In this document: piece after piece, positions 39,103-52,222 of the stretch
Position numbering within the stretch: position 1 is the first letter of the stretch
How the letters are laid out: every line of letters begins with the position of its first letter
Source: Azolla caroliniana
Lineage: Eukaryota; Plantae; Polypodiophyta
Direction: 5' to 3'
Length of the DNA stretch: 64,000 bases
Assembly: GCA_043228905.1 (NCBI GenBank)
Contig: JBHGNT010000003.1
Span: forward strand, 17,670,001-17,734,000
Position numbers and translations under genes: made by a program
Notes under the pieces: model-generated
Told to the model about the DNA's origin: nothing
Databases searched by the model: none
What the model saw: the letters and a program-made list of their open reading frames with translations, nothing else

Positions 39103-41157
39103 ACGCGTGTATCAAGTTAATCATTCCGGGTAGTAACCGGGAAGGATTGGTTTTGTATTATGGTCTGCACATTCCTTACCGTACCACTCATTTGGTGAAG
39201 TGTTCCATAGGGACACCTTGTGTTAGTGGCTTGTCCAGTCTGGTGACAACACAATTTTGGCGACTACGATGGGATCAGACAAACGAACACTAAGGTGACC
39301 CTCCTTTAGAGACGAAGTTGAAGACTACTACACGGCAAAGACATGGCTCCCGTTTCATTTGGTTGTTTGTCTGATCCAGTCCGGTCCTTCGTCTTTCCGG
39401 TTGTGTCCGTCTTGGCTGTCCGTGTCCTTTCGGGTCTTTGTCTCCATCCCTATCCATCACTGTCGTGGTTTTCATCTCCGTATGGCCGTGTGTTTGTTTG
39501 GTATGTTCGGTCATCCCTTCGTCTTTCCAGTCTTTTTTTTTTTGGTCATTGATGTCTGGTGTGCGTCTACAACTCCTTCTCCGTCTTCTTCAGCCCTTTG
39601 GTGTTAACCGGCTCCAGTTCTTGTTCCGATTCCGGTTCCGGTTCCAACTCTCTCTGTGTTGCTTCTTTTAGAACCATTTCTCGTGCATTCTCAGCACATC
39701 CTGCCAGTCTCCGCTCCACACAGTACGTCTTCCTCCGCAATCTCCTGGTGGGCTTCTCTTTTCGGTCATGCTGGCATAGGTTCCCTCTACATTGCTGTTT
39801 GTCCAGCTGTGCATCTTGCACCATGCTTTTGAAATCACGCACATTGTCGCTAACCGCTTTTGGAAAAACGCTTGAACAGACGTCTGTTGCGTATCCTTTT
39901 GCGACATCCTTGCGCACAACATCACCGTGTTGCATTCCTCGACCACGACGACTTCCAATCAACATCAGCATTTCCCGCACATTGTCCATTTGATTTCTCG
40001 CACATTTCTTCATTGCCATGTCTTTGCCGCGTAGTAATTTTGGCGACCATGATTCTTGCAAAAAGTGTAGTGAACAACAGGGGAATGGATGAATATACCA
40101 AAGAACGACCCAATGGCCAAGCGAGCGAGAAGACTCGCTGAGAGACTGCGGAAGCGGGAGGCTTACCAACAAGCGGCGGAGGAGATCTGGTCCAATTGGT
40201 CTTTTTCCAGAGTGATTCGGTGGGTCGCGGAGGAGTCACTTCGATTGCAACAGAACCACCACCCAAACGAAGGAAGTAATCTGAGCAGTCTACAGGAAGT
40301 GGAGTCCATTCTACAGACACTTGCTGCAAGAGATGACGGTTCGAAAGCATTCTCCGCCATCAAATCGGATTTGAGCGGCAAACACAACATCCACTCGAAT
40401 TATCGTAGTAGCCACGATACCCGAGACGGCCCAGAAGACGACGAGTCGGAAACAACAAAACTGGAGCCGGCGACAACAAAACCGGAAGCTCCGAACAAAA
40501 CGACCGGCACGGAACACCAAGAGGAGTGAGTTCCGACACCACAACCAGAGTCACCGACGGAACAGGAGGAGCGAGTTCCTACACCGGCCCCGACAGCACA
40601 AGAAGACAACGACACAATGCCTTACCAATATCCGAAGTATCGGGATGACCCGAACGCGGAAGCCCATGTATATGTGTTTCTCCAAACTTGGGAGGCGAAT
40701 CATGTCTCCCAATGACTGAATGAAGCCGAGGTAGAACAATAAAAAATTGCGGAATTCGGCATGAATTTGGAGGTACTTGCGGCACGTTGGCACTCCAAGC
40801 ACCTCATCAGCAGTATCACCACATTTAAGGATTTAAAGACTAGATTTCTACGCTTCTTCCACAAATAGGTGGATCAAAGCCAGATTATCAGCCAATTTTA
40901 TACGACACGGCAAAACCCATCCGAAACCATTCAGTAGTTCATTATCCGGTTCCAGATGATGCATAGTCAACTCATCAAAGCACCGCCAGAAGTAGAAGCG
41001 AAAGCGGTATTTTTGGCAGGGCTCCGGGAACCTCTCCGAACCATGTGTGTGGTCATAGATTTTCGGACCAGCACAATAGACCAGGTCATTGATTGGGTCA
41101 TGGAAATGGACAAAATGAGTTTGTGGTTGACGATGGGAGCACTCCAAAGAACACTCC

Positions 41158-44100
41158 TGTAAAAGAATACGTTGTGCGGAAGCGTGTGCATAAACACAGT
41201 TCGGAGGAATAAGACAGTTCGGTAAGACGCCGAAAACGCAGAGATGGAGAGGGAGAGGGAGAGTCAAAGAGAGAGAGAGAGTAGACACAGAAAAATCAGA
41301 TTCAAAAGTAATGACTCTCTATACATACATCGTGCTCAGTGAGCACCATTTATACAAGCCTTGACAATCGGGCTGACACAAGTACTGACAGTACTTGAAT
41401 GCTCATAAATGAGACTACTACACTACCTCCCAAAATTATTCCTTACGAGGAATACCATAGTAATGGCCTTCCTGTTTACGCACCGATACGGCCATGTTAT
41501 GCGTACTATTTTGCGCACCCAGTCTACGCACTGGGTTATGCACCGTATTACGCACTGAATGTTGAGCTTGTCACTGAACACTCCCCCTCAAGCTCAACTT
41601 GAGGTTCCATCCGCTCTTCTGGATCTATGCTCCGGTTCCTTCTGGCTTCACGGCTTGCTCGCACTCCTTGACCTGTTCGATTCCGCGCGCTTCGACCCTT
41701 TCGATGGGCTTGTCTGCTCATCCGGCCCTTTTGAGCTCCCTTGTTGTCGCGGTGTTGGCGCGTCCTTCACTGCCCTTTTCTCCGCATGGCCTCGAGTTGA
41801 TTCGGCGTATCTGAATCAAACTCTTTCAATTCAGTTTCACTCTCATCCGAATTGGCTGTCTCCAATTTGTCCTCAATCTTCAGGCCCCTGACAACATCCG
41901 ACCACGTCTTAGTCTTGGCCTTATCTCTCCCTGTTTCGGTTTTCCTTGGCTCATTCTTATGCTTACAGCCCTTGCTTCCGTCTTCGGCTTCTTCAGCCGG
42001 TTCGAAGTCAAATTCTCCATCCGACTTTGTATCTCGGTCACTTCCGCCCTGATGCTTACCTCCGCTCCTTTCACGCTCTTGTCCCTGTTCTTCCTTTCTC
42101 CCCCTCAAGTTCAACATGTCGAGGTTACTCAACCCAAGCGCACCTGAGAAATGCCGTAACTTGTCGAGACCAAGAGGTTTTGTGAAGATGTCGGCAATCT
42201 GCCAATCAATTGAAACATGCACCAGTTCGACTTCACCTGAAAGGACCCGCTTGTAGACAAAATGGTAATGCACCTCAATGTGCTTGGTCCGGACGTGGAA
42301 CACGGGGTTTTTCACAAGGTGGATACTGCTGAGGTTGTTGCAATAGATCATCATCGGATCAGACACCTCTACTTGTAGATCCCGTAATAGTCGTTTCAAC
42401 CAAATGACTTTGCACGTAGTGACAGTCGCCCCTCGATATTCGGCCTCCGTGCTCGACAGTGCTATTGTCGGCTGCTTTTTGCTGCTCCACACGATTGCTG
42501 CACTCCCTAAAGAGAAGGCGTATCTGGATGTGGATTTACGATCACTAGCGTTTCCGGCCCAATCGGCATCCGTGTAACCGACTAACTGTTCATCTATGCC
42601 TGCTCAATATAGCAACGCCATGTCTTTCGTGCCGCTTACATAACGCAATATCCCTTGCAACATGAATTAACTGATTAGGCCGACTGGATAACTAAGATCT
42701 GGAGGAGTAATTGTCAGATAGATAAGGCTTTGGACAATCTGTCGGAACCGTGTCGTGTCACACACCTTTCCCGAATCTCGGCGAAGCTTTACGTTTCTAT
42801 CCAGAGGGGTCGAGATGGGCTTACATTTTGCCATCCCGAATTTGAAGAGCATATTCAATGCGTAATGATGCTAACTATTCAATATGCCTTCAGGGTTGCG
42901 GATCACTTCGATCCTGAGGAAGTAGTGAGGGTCTCCGAGATCCTTCATTTCGAATGATGCCGCAAGCTGAGACTTCAAGCGGCAGATTTCGTCCAGGTCG
43001 GCACCGACGATGACTAAATCATCAACGTACAAGAGCAGGCTGACCGGTCCATATTGACCTTGCCAAAAAAATAGAGAAGAGTCTGATTTTGACGGCGCAA
43101 ACCCCATCCTACGCAACTATTGTGTAATCTTTGCGTTCCAAGCTCGCGGGGCTTGCTTAAGACCGTACAATGACTTCTTCAGTTGGCAAACTGCCGAGGT
43201 GTTTCGTTCGGATAGAAATCCTCGGGGTTGTATCATGTACACCTGTTCCTCAAGATCACTTTGCAGGAACGCATTCTTCACATCCATCTGATGTAAGTGC
43301 CACCCCTTTGCCGTAGCTACCGCAAGCAAAACATGGAAGGTCGTCATCTTTGCGACTGGCGCAAACGTCTCATCATAGTCCACGTCGTGCTTTTGCGCGT
43401 AGCCTTTTGCTACTAAACGGGCCTTGTATCGGTTGACCGAGCCGTCGGTGTTGTACTTAACCTTGTACACCCACTTACATCCGATCGGCTTCACACCTTT
43501 CGGTGCGTCAACCAGGTTCCATGTTTCATTTTCTGCCAATGCGTGCATCTCTTCCTCCATTGCAGCACGCCAGTTCGTGTCTTTCGCCGCTTCTGCGTAG
43601 CTCTCCGACTCACGCACTTCTGCCACTCACGTTATGTACACGTAATGGTGTGCCATGTACTCATTATACCCGTACCTCTTTATGGGGTTCTTCTGGCGGG
43701 TAGATTGGCATAATTCATGATTACCCGATTTCGTGACCTTTTCGGTTGATTTCGACCTCTTCTGTGGAGGTTCCTTCTCAACTGGCTCGAGGTCAGATTC
43801 GCTTCGAACTGACTCGGCACTACCGAAATCGTATTCAGGCGTCTTCTTCTTCCCCTTCTCCTTGTGCGTAAACCGTCGCCTCGGTTCCTTACGCAGGGAG
43901 AGCACGACAGAGTCTCCACTACTCACCATCTCATCATCTGTTTGGCCATCTCGGCCCGCTTAGTAGAAATGAGATCGGACTCTCTCTCAGAGCTCCGACG
44001 TCCTCATCATGCGGAGGCATGTCAGCCTCGCTGATCTCTTCTTCAGAAATCGGAGCGGAGTCTTGAGGTACTGGAGGTGAAGGCAAGTACCACGAAGTGG

Positions 44101-46890
44101 ATTCGTCGAACACGACAACTCGACTTACGCGTACTTCCTTTGTTCAGGGGTTATAACATTTATACCCCTTCTGTTCGTCTAGATAGCCGATTAAGATGCA
44201 CTTTTCGGCTTTGGCGTCCAGCTTCCTCCTCTTTTCCTTCGGTACATGCACATATGCAATACTATTGAAGATCCTCAAGTCTGCCAAGTTCGGCTTATTC
44301 CCCAAATACAGCTCATGTGGCGACACTCCTCCATTAGTAGAAGTCTGATTCTGCAAGTAGACATCCGTCTTCACGGCTTCAACCAAATAGAATTTCGGCA
44401 TATGCTTCTCTTCAAGCATTGCCCTGGCCGCTTCTTCAATCGTCTGATTCTTCCGCTCGGCCATGCCGTTCTGCTGCGGCGTGCATCTACATGAGAATTC
44501 GCGTCGAATTCCCTCCTTCTGTAGATAACTTGTGAAGTGATCGGAGAAGTACTCCTTCCCGCCATCGGACTGTAGGCATTTGATCTTACGCCCCGTTTCC
44601 CTTTCTGCAAGGCTCTTCACCTTCAGGAAACATGCGAAGACTTCGCTCTTCTTCGCAATCATACATGCCCACGTGTGCCGAATGAAGTCATCAATGAAGG
44701 TTACAAAGTAATGGCTTCCACCGAGACTCACGTTCTGTGCCGGACCCCACACATCCGAATGGATAAAATCCAGCGGACTTCGACTACGATTACGCTCATT
44801 GGGGAATGGAAGTCGATGTTGTTTTCCCATTTGACAGGCTTCACAGACTTGGCCATTCCAGCCATGAAATTTCGGCAACCCGAAAACAATGTTCTTCGTA
44901 TGCATTTCACGAAGCCGTGGGAAATTTACATGGCCGAACTGCTTGTGCCATAGGTCGATATCCGATTTGACCTTTTGTCCTTTCGCGTACAATGCAGTTC
45001 CTGCTTGATTAGTGTCGAGGATAAACATCCTCCCTTCACGGCACCCTTGCATGATCACTTTGCCTTACTCTTCTATGAAGCAACCAAGGTGTGTGAATCG
45101 AACTTGCATACCTTGGTCGATGATCTGACCAACCGACACCAAGTTCTTCGTTATTGTCGGGACGTGCAACACGTTCATAAGCTTCCCTTTCTGCCCGACA
45201 TGGCTGAGGGGAACTTCTTCGACATGTTCGATGGTATGCGGGGTGTCATCTTCCGTTTCGACAACCCCTCGTGATTCCGGCTTCTCCAAGTACGAGAACC
45301 ATTCCTCGTGACTCGTCATATGATTTGACGCTCCAGAATCAACATACCACACCTCGCTTGATTTCGAGGTGTTCACACCCATTGAGTTGGCCTTATGCTT
45401 CATTACGAAGGTAGGGCCTGCTCCATTTCCGACTCATTCCAAGCCTTCAACGTAGTGCGATCTTTGACGCCTTCCTACGTCTCTTCCACTCGGTCCAGCT
45501 TTGTCTGAGTTAGCTTGTTTCTTCCAGCACTCGCTCTCCATGTGGCCTTTCTTGCCACAGTACCAGCAATCCGGCGCAGTCTTCTCTTGCCGTCTTCCGA
45601 CACTGCCATGACTCCCCCTACTTGCAGAGGGTTTGGAATTGCTTCCGGCATCGTGATTATGCCGTACATTCTGCTCTTTTCGGCCACCTCCATTACGCGT
45701 TGATCCGCCTCGTCCACTACGACCACGGGGCCTATCATCCTCCGTGTAAAGCATCTTGCCATCGGCGTGTGCACTCATTGATGCACCTGCATGGTTTTCT
45801 TCTACGAGCAATATCGACTGAAGCTCGAAAAACGAAAGCATAATCTCACTCGTGCAGACTGCCGTTCGGAAAGGTCCGAACTTTGATGCCAAGCCACCAA
45901 GACAAACTTGCACCATTTCATCTTCCTCGATGTTCACGTTGACGGAGGTGAGAGAATCACAGATTTGTTTGATCTTGGTGGTGTAATCAGGCATCGACAT
46001 ATCTCTTTGTTGTACATTGTTGAGCTCTTGTCTGAGTTGTAGATTTCTGGCCGTTGTGCTGGCGACGAAAAACTTTTTGAGATTCGCCCACGCGTCCTTC
46101 GACGTCTTGGCATCCCGAATATAGCTCAAAAGTTGATCACTCACACAAGACGCAAAGCAGTACAACACTTTGCTTGCCACTTATTCCCAAGCCGGATAGT
46201 CCCTGTGTGTCAAGTCGGGTGCCACATCGTTTGCTCCCTCGACATAACTCCAATAGCCATGGCCGAGCAGGTAGTGGTGCATCTTGTAAGACCAAGATGC
46301 GTAGTTGCTTCTGTCAAGCTTTTCAGTCGGAAGTGAGCTTCCCATTCCTTTGTCCATATTGTTGTCTTTTTCTTTTCCGAACAACTTCAACTCTATTTTT
46401 GTCGCAAGCTTTTCGTGTCAGCTGCAGAGGACTTCAACCCTCGCTCTCTGATACCATGTAAAAGAATACGTTGTGCGGAAGCGTGTGCGTAAACACAGAG
46501 TACACAGTTCAGAGGAATAAGACAGTTTGGTAAGACACAGAAAACGCAGAGATGGAGATGGAGAGGGAGACACAGAGAGAGAGAGAGAGAACAGACACAG
46601 AAAACTCAGATTCAAAAATAATGACTCTCTATACATACACTGTGCTCAGTGAGCACCTTTTATACAAGCCCTGACAATCAAGCTAACACAAGTATTGACA
46701 GTACTTGAATGCTCATAAATGAGCCTACTACACTAACTCCCAAAATTATTCCTTACGAGGAATACCATACTAACGACCTTCCGGTTTACGCACCGATATG
46801 GCCACGTTATGCGTACTTTTTTTGGCACCTAGTCTATGCACTAGGTTATGCACCGTATTACGCACTCAATGTTGAGCTTGTCACTCAACA
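41158..46890 (-). mobile_element. full-length Ty1/copia LTR retrotransposon with perfect 5-bp TSD
   Basis: TSD ACTCC/ACTCC. LTRs 46457-46890 and 41158-41580. PBS TGGTATCAGAG next to 46456; PPT GAGGGGGAG next to 41581. Gag-PR-IN-RT-RH are interrupted by stops. Confidence 0.97.
41767..46360 (-). pseudogene. copia gag-pol pseudogene
   Basis: Fragments 46181, 45434, 45065, 44144, 43627, 43117, 42871, 42667 and 41767, largely co-linear and separated by nonsense mutations. Confidence 0.93.
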
Positions 46891-47637
46891 ACTCCCTACT
46901 AAAGAGGACCTACGCTATCGCCAGGCGGTCCAATGCATGACGTGCCTTAACCTCAGGCACTCAACAATAGAGTGCACGATGAGATCTTAGTGCATGTTAT
47001 GCCATTCCCGGTCACACAAAATGGACCACTGCGAGTACACCTTGCTGAATCGGCAAGCTGTACTTGTCACGGACACACCAAGTGTGGACTGGGATGGAGC
47101 ATGGATGATGGTGCTACGAATGATGAGCTACAAACATGGAGCTAGAAGTGATAAGGCTAGGAACTCCAGAAGTGAGTGATACAAGGGCATGAAGACAAAG
47201 ATCTAAAAGTGACAAGGCTAGAAATGAGACAAAGATAAAGATTAATGAGACAAGACGAGGCGAAACAAGAATACTAGATTGATGTGCCAATGATTAGCGT
47301 TGAATCCCTTGAAAGGGACCAAGAAGGTTACAAGTATTTATACTATGAGTTGAAGTACATGCATTAGAATATTCTTGAGAATTTTTGAAGAATATATTAG
47401 AACCTTCTAGTTGTAGAACTTTCTAAAAACTCCTAGAATGTGAATAGATAATCTATGAAGATATACATAACACGATTATGTACTTGGATGTGTTGGTTAC
47501 AATATAACACTTGACTATAATACAAGAGGTGAAGAGTTCAAATATTGACATAACTATTGTCATGTCTGTGACATTATCCTCCCCTTTATGGCCACCTTTT
47601 CGAAAGCACGGTGTAGGGGTGAATGGGAAGTGGTGGG

Positions 47638-50600
47638 TGTGAGAAACCATGTGTGATCCTCATTGGAAACACCAACACCAACGGGAATGAGAGACCATGT
47701 TGGTCCTCGCTGAGAGTTGGAACACGAACAACAACGGGCGTGAGTGACCATGTTTGGTCCTCATCAGGAACTGGAACATGAACAATAACAGGCATGAGCG
47801 ACCATGTCGGTCCTCTCTGGGATCTGGAACACGATCAATAGTTGGAGTGAGCAACCATGTGCGGTCCTTGCCGAAGAATGGAACACGAACGGGAGTGAGC
47901 GACCATGTGTGGCCCTCATTGGGAACTAGAACGTGAGCGACCATGTGTGGTCCTCATCGAAAACACGAACGGGCGTGAGCGACCATGCAGCCCTCACCAA
48001 GAACTGTGTTATACGTTTTAGGGCTAGGGTTAAGGACGATGATAATCATGATAAAGATAGACATGGTGGTTATGATGATGATGGAGAGTATGGGATTGAT
48101 GGCGAGAGAGATCATGTGCATTGAGAAGCATTGCGGGGTGGGGGGTGGTGCCTAGAATGGCTCCACCCCCCTCCCAAGGGGGTTCAACGTTAAGGGGAGG
48201 GAAGAGAGAGAAAGAGAGATGAAAAGAGAGATAGATAGAGAGAAATGATTCATTTTTCATTCATTCCCCATAAGGGGGTTAAATAGTACAAGAGGGCGTA
48301 GATACAAAGGGGTGTAAGCCCCCTAGAGCATTCATATTGGACACTCACTCACACCTCCTCGTATCCATCCACATGCACACACGTGTGCATGTGTTCACAT
48401 ATGTATTGACTTACAATTACATTTATGCCCCCTACACACACAACAATCATCATGATAACATTTGACCCTCGCTCATCACATTGACTCTCCGTACATCTCG
48501 TACGGGGTAACACAATATGGCACGCCCGTGGGAAAGTGCCTTGCACGTCGATCCCACATGCCTTGATAATGATATTTCTTCGACCGAAACTTCCATCGGT
48601 TCTTTCAACGATCGACTCCCTCGATCGGAATGCTTGACTCGAACATCTTTGTCGGTCAGCAAATCGTCCGCGACACAAACATTCTCGTTCTGTCGGCTTA
48701 CGAACTTTGTCATGGGTCCAAAATCATGTCATATGTATGTGTGTTCTTCCTTTGTTTTGAGTGTGTGTGAGTAGTCTTGGGGATTTTCAAAATTCTAGTG
48801 GTGCCCTCTTGTTTTTAAAATTTTATATTGTGCCCTTATGTTTATGAAATCTTTATGAATACCCTTTATGTTTTTAAAATATTGACAATGCCCTCAGGTT
48901 TTTGGAAATTTGTCGGATGCCCTCATTGTTTAGAAATTTTTTGGATGCTCTTTTATCATTCTCTTTTTCCCTCATTTTTCTGTTTTTGTCTTTTTCTGTT
49001 TCTTGCCTCTTCTTCCTCGACCGGTTCCTGTTTCGTTGCCTTTTCTTCTATCTTTTTCTCATTCTTGCTTCTATCATTGTTCACCTATTTTTCTTTCTTT
49101 CCACTCTATCTCTTGTTTTCCATATGCTTGCTTCTTGCTTCTTCTTTATCTTCTTTTGTCTTCATCCTTTGATGTTTTGGTCGGCCAGTCTGTGCGTGCA
49201 TCTTCTTCATGGAATCCTCTCTATTCTCCCTTCTCTTTCTCCTTCTACTTCTTCTGTGTCGTTTCCCACCATGTCTTCCTCCTTCTTTGGTTCTTTTTCT
49301 TCCTTTCGTTTTCTTTTGTTCTGTCTCATTTTCTGCTTTGTACTTCATCTTTCTCTTCTTTCTATCTTCCTCTTTTGTTTTGCATCTCCCTTCTTCCTAT
49401 GGTTGTTTTTGCTTCCTCTCCTTCTGATGTTTTGTGTGTTTCCATTTTTGTCTCTGACTTTGGTTCTGGACCCGTCTCCGTCCGTCGTCCTTCGTCTCTT
49501 CATTTTCCGTCGGCGTCTCTATCTCTGTCACTGGCTGCTGATCCGTCGACGTCGGCGTCCGTGTCACCTCCTCCCGGTCATCCTTCTTTATTTGTCTTTG
49601 TCTGGCTAGTCCGTCCACTCTAGCCACTCCAGCCACTCTCCGGTTGTTGTTTGGCCGTCATTCCAGTCGCTACGGTCACTCTTTGGCTACTCTCCGGCCA
49701 TTTCGACTGTTCCTTGGCTATTGTTCGTCTATCATCATCTCTGTCCCGTCGCTTGTCTGTCTCTGACCGGCCGCTTTCGTTCATCGGTGGTGACTTTCCC
49801 TTAGCACTCCCATCCGGCCGTCTCTTTCTCTGTTCAGCCCTCTAGCGGCTCCGTTCCCGTATCTGTTGCTTCCCTCTGTCGCTCTGTGTTTATCCGCCGC
49901 CACTGTCTATTGTCTTTCGGTTCATACTGACTGGTTGTCCGGCAGTCAGTTCGTCTATTGACCGACTTCTGGTCCATTCCAGATGTCGTTCCGACCGTGC
50001 GTCTAGTCCGTTGTCCTGGCCGTGTGTCTGTTTCTTCGGCCGCATCTGCGCATTTTAGCCGCCCCGACCGCAACCGACTGCTTTCCGATCGCCGCCCCTA
50101 TTCTGCCGTCATCATCGTTGTTCCGGCCGCTCTTTGACTGCTTGTTTGATCCAGCCATTGTGTTCATTTGTTTGGCCCGTTCGGTTGTCTCTTCTAGTCC
50201 GTTCCGGCCATTCGTCCTGCCGACTCTTTGTGTCCGTTTGTGTCGGTGTCATTGTTCTGGCCATCGAGCCATCTTAGTCTGAACCGTTCTAGCTAACTTT
50301 GTTAGATGTGTCTCTGTATCCAACTGTCTTTGTCATTTCTTCGTCGTCTGGCGTTGTCCGGTCCGGAGGTCTCTGTTTTGGCACCGTTCGGCCACTACGA
50401 CCGCTCTTAGGTCGCTCTCCGGCCTCGTCCAGCCCTCCGGCCGCTCCGGTTGCTCCAGCTATTGTCCGGCTGTTTCCGGTCCTTCCGGCTGCTCTTTCCG
50501 CAGTCTGGCCCATCAGGCCATGTCTGTCTGGTCCATCTCCAGACATCTTTGTGGCCGGCCTTGTCGGTGCTCCTCAGCCAGTCTGCAGTTGGCCGTCCGT

Positions 50601-51915
50601 CCCCTGGCCACTCTGTTCAGTCGTCATACGGTTGTCGGCCGTTGATATCTGATGGTTGTCTCTTGCATCACACGTTCTTGCACACACACGTTGCTAGTTC
50701 TCGTACCTCATTTTGCGACTTTTCTAGGACATTGTGATCACCATTTGCTGCGCATCATCGATTCGATTTATTGTACATTCTTCCACTCCGTCCATTCATT
50801 GACTTCTTTGCAGACATCCTCATCACATATCATGCTTCAACTCCGTCTCGCACTTTGCCACCGTCATTTGTCGCTAACCGCAACCGCACACTCGCGTATC
50901 TATGTCGTCGTTACTCACACATGTCCACCATTTCTTGCACTTAGTCACTATGTCTTGCATCGCCGCGTATCATTCTTCGACTCCGTCTCGAAAGGGGGGT
51001 CGCCTTAGTGGTCGCCAAAATGTGTTATACGTTTTAGGGCTAGGGTTAAGGACGATGATAATCATGATAAAGATAGACATGGTGGTTATGATGATGATGG
51101 AGAGTATGGGATTGATGGCGAGAGAGATCATGTGCATTGAGAAGCATTGCGGGGTGGGGGGTGGTGCCTAGAATGGCTCCACCCCCCTCCCAAGGGGGTT
51201 CAACGTTAAGGGGAGGGAAGAGAGAGAGAGAGAGATGAAAAGAGAGATAGATAGAGAGAAATGATTCATTTTTCATTCATTCCCCATAAGGGGGTTAAAT
51301 AGTACAAGAGGGGGTAGATACAAAGGGGTGTAAGCCCCCTAGAGCATTCATACTGGACACTCACTCACACCTCCTTGTATCCATCCACATGCACACACGT
51401 GTGCATGTGTTCGCATATGTATTGACTTACAATTACATTTATGCCCCCTACACACACACAACAATCATCATGATAACATTTGACCCTCGCTCATCACATT
51501 GACTCTCCGTACATCTCGTACGGGGTAACACAATAAACACAAATGGGCGTGAGTGACCATGCGGCTATCACCGAGAATTGGAACACGAATGGATGTGAGA
51601 AACCATTTGCGTTCCTCACCGGAGACACAAACACCAACGGACGTGAGTGACCATGTGCGGTCCTCACCAGGAACTGGAACACCAACGAGCGTGACAGACC
51701 ATGTACGGTCCTCACCAGAGATGCGAACACCAAAGGGCGTGAGTGACCATGTGTGGTCCTCACTGGAGCTCCGGACACCAACAAACGTGAGCAACCATGT
51801 GTGGTTCTCACCGAAGACAGGAACACTAAGGGGGTGAGTGACCATGTACGGTCCTCACCGGATACTAAAACACCAACGTGAGCGTGAGCATCCACGTTTG
51901 GTCCTCACCGGGAAC
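47638..51915. repeat. ~48-bp hairpin-unit tandem array (8 + 8 units) split by a nested LTR element
   Basis: Core GTGAG(C/T)GACCATGTGTGGTCCTCAC at 47638-48004 and 51549-51915. Confidence 0.9.
48005..51532 (-). mobile_element. non-coding LTR element (LARD/TRIM-like) with tRNA-like sites at both inner LTR edges
   Basis: Near-identical direct LTRs 48005-48514 and 51021-51532 (TGTGTTA..TAACACA). Minus-strand PBS TGGCGACCAC at 51008-51017; plus-strand TGGCACGCCCGTGGGA at 48518-48533. No convincing TSD. Confidence 0.88.
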
Positions 51916-51929
51916 AATGACAAAAAATG

Positions 51930-52222
51930 CAAGATAGGGATGTGAAAGATGATAAGAATTGTAGAGATAGAGATGATGATGAGAAGAAACTAGGAGATAG
52001 AGATGCGGAGGATGAGAAAAAACTAAGAGATAGAGATGCGAAGGATGAGAAAAAACTAGGAGATAGAGATGATGATGAGAAGAAACTAGGAGATAGAGAT
52101 ACGAAGGATGAGAAAAAACTAGGAGATAGAGATGATGATGAGAAGAAACTAGGAGATAGAGATGAGAAGAAACTAGGAGAGAAAAGACAACGACGATGAT
52201 GAAAAGAAACTAAGAGATAGAG
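51930..52222. repeat. ~30-bp purine-rich tandem repeat (GGAGATAGAGATGATGATGAGAAGAAACTA)
   Basis: Seen directly; produces the repetitive DRDDDEKKLG ORF. Confidence 0.9.

Noticed and set aside
45404-45436. Possible programmed stop read-through between copia gag and pol
   Set aside because: Similar in-frame stops occur throughout the element and differ between copies; the 62686 copy reads through this region.
48828-49623. Long Phe/Leu/Ser-rich ORFs resembling membrane or env-like proteins
   Set aside because: They are open in several frames because the pyrimidine-rich strand lacks stop codons; no recognisable motifs.
47638-51915. CRISPR-like appearance (palindromic repeats with variable spacers)
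   Set aside because: The linkers are homologous to each other, the repeats are degenerate, no cas genes are present, and the array lies inside a plant LTR element.
51927-52199. DRDDDEKKLG repeat protein
   Set aside because: Translation of a ~30-bp tandem repeat, antisense to the host element.
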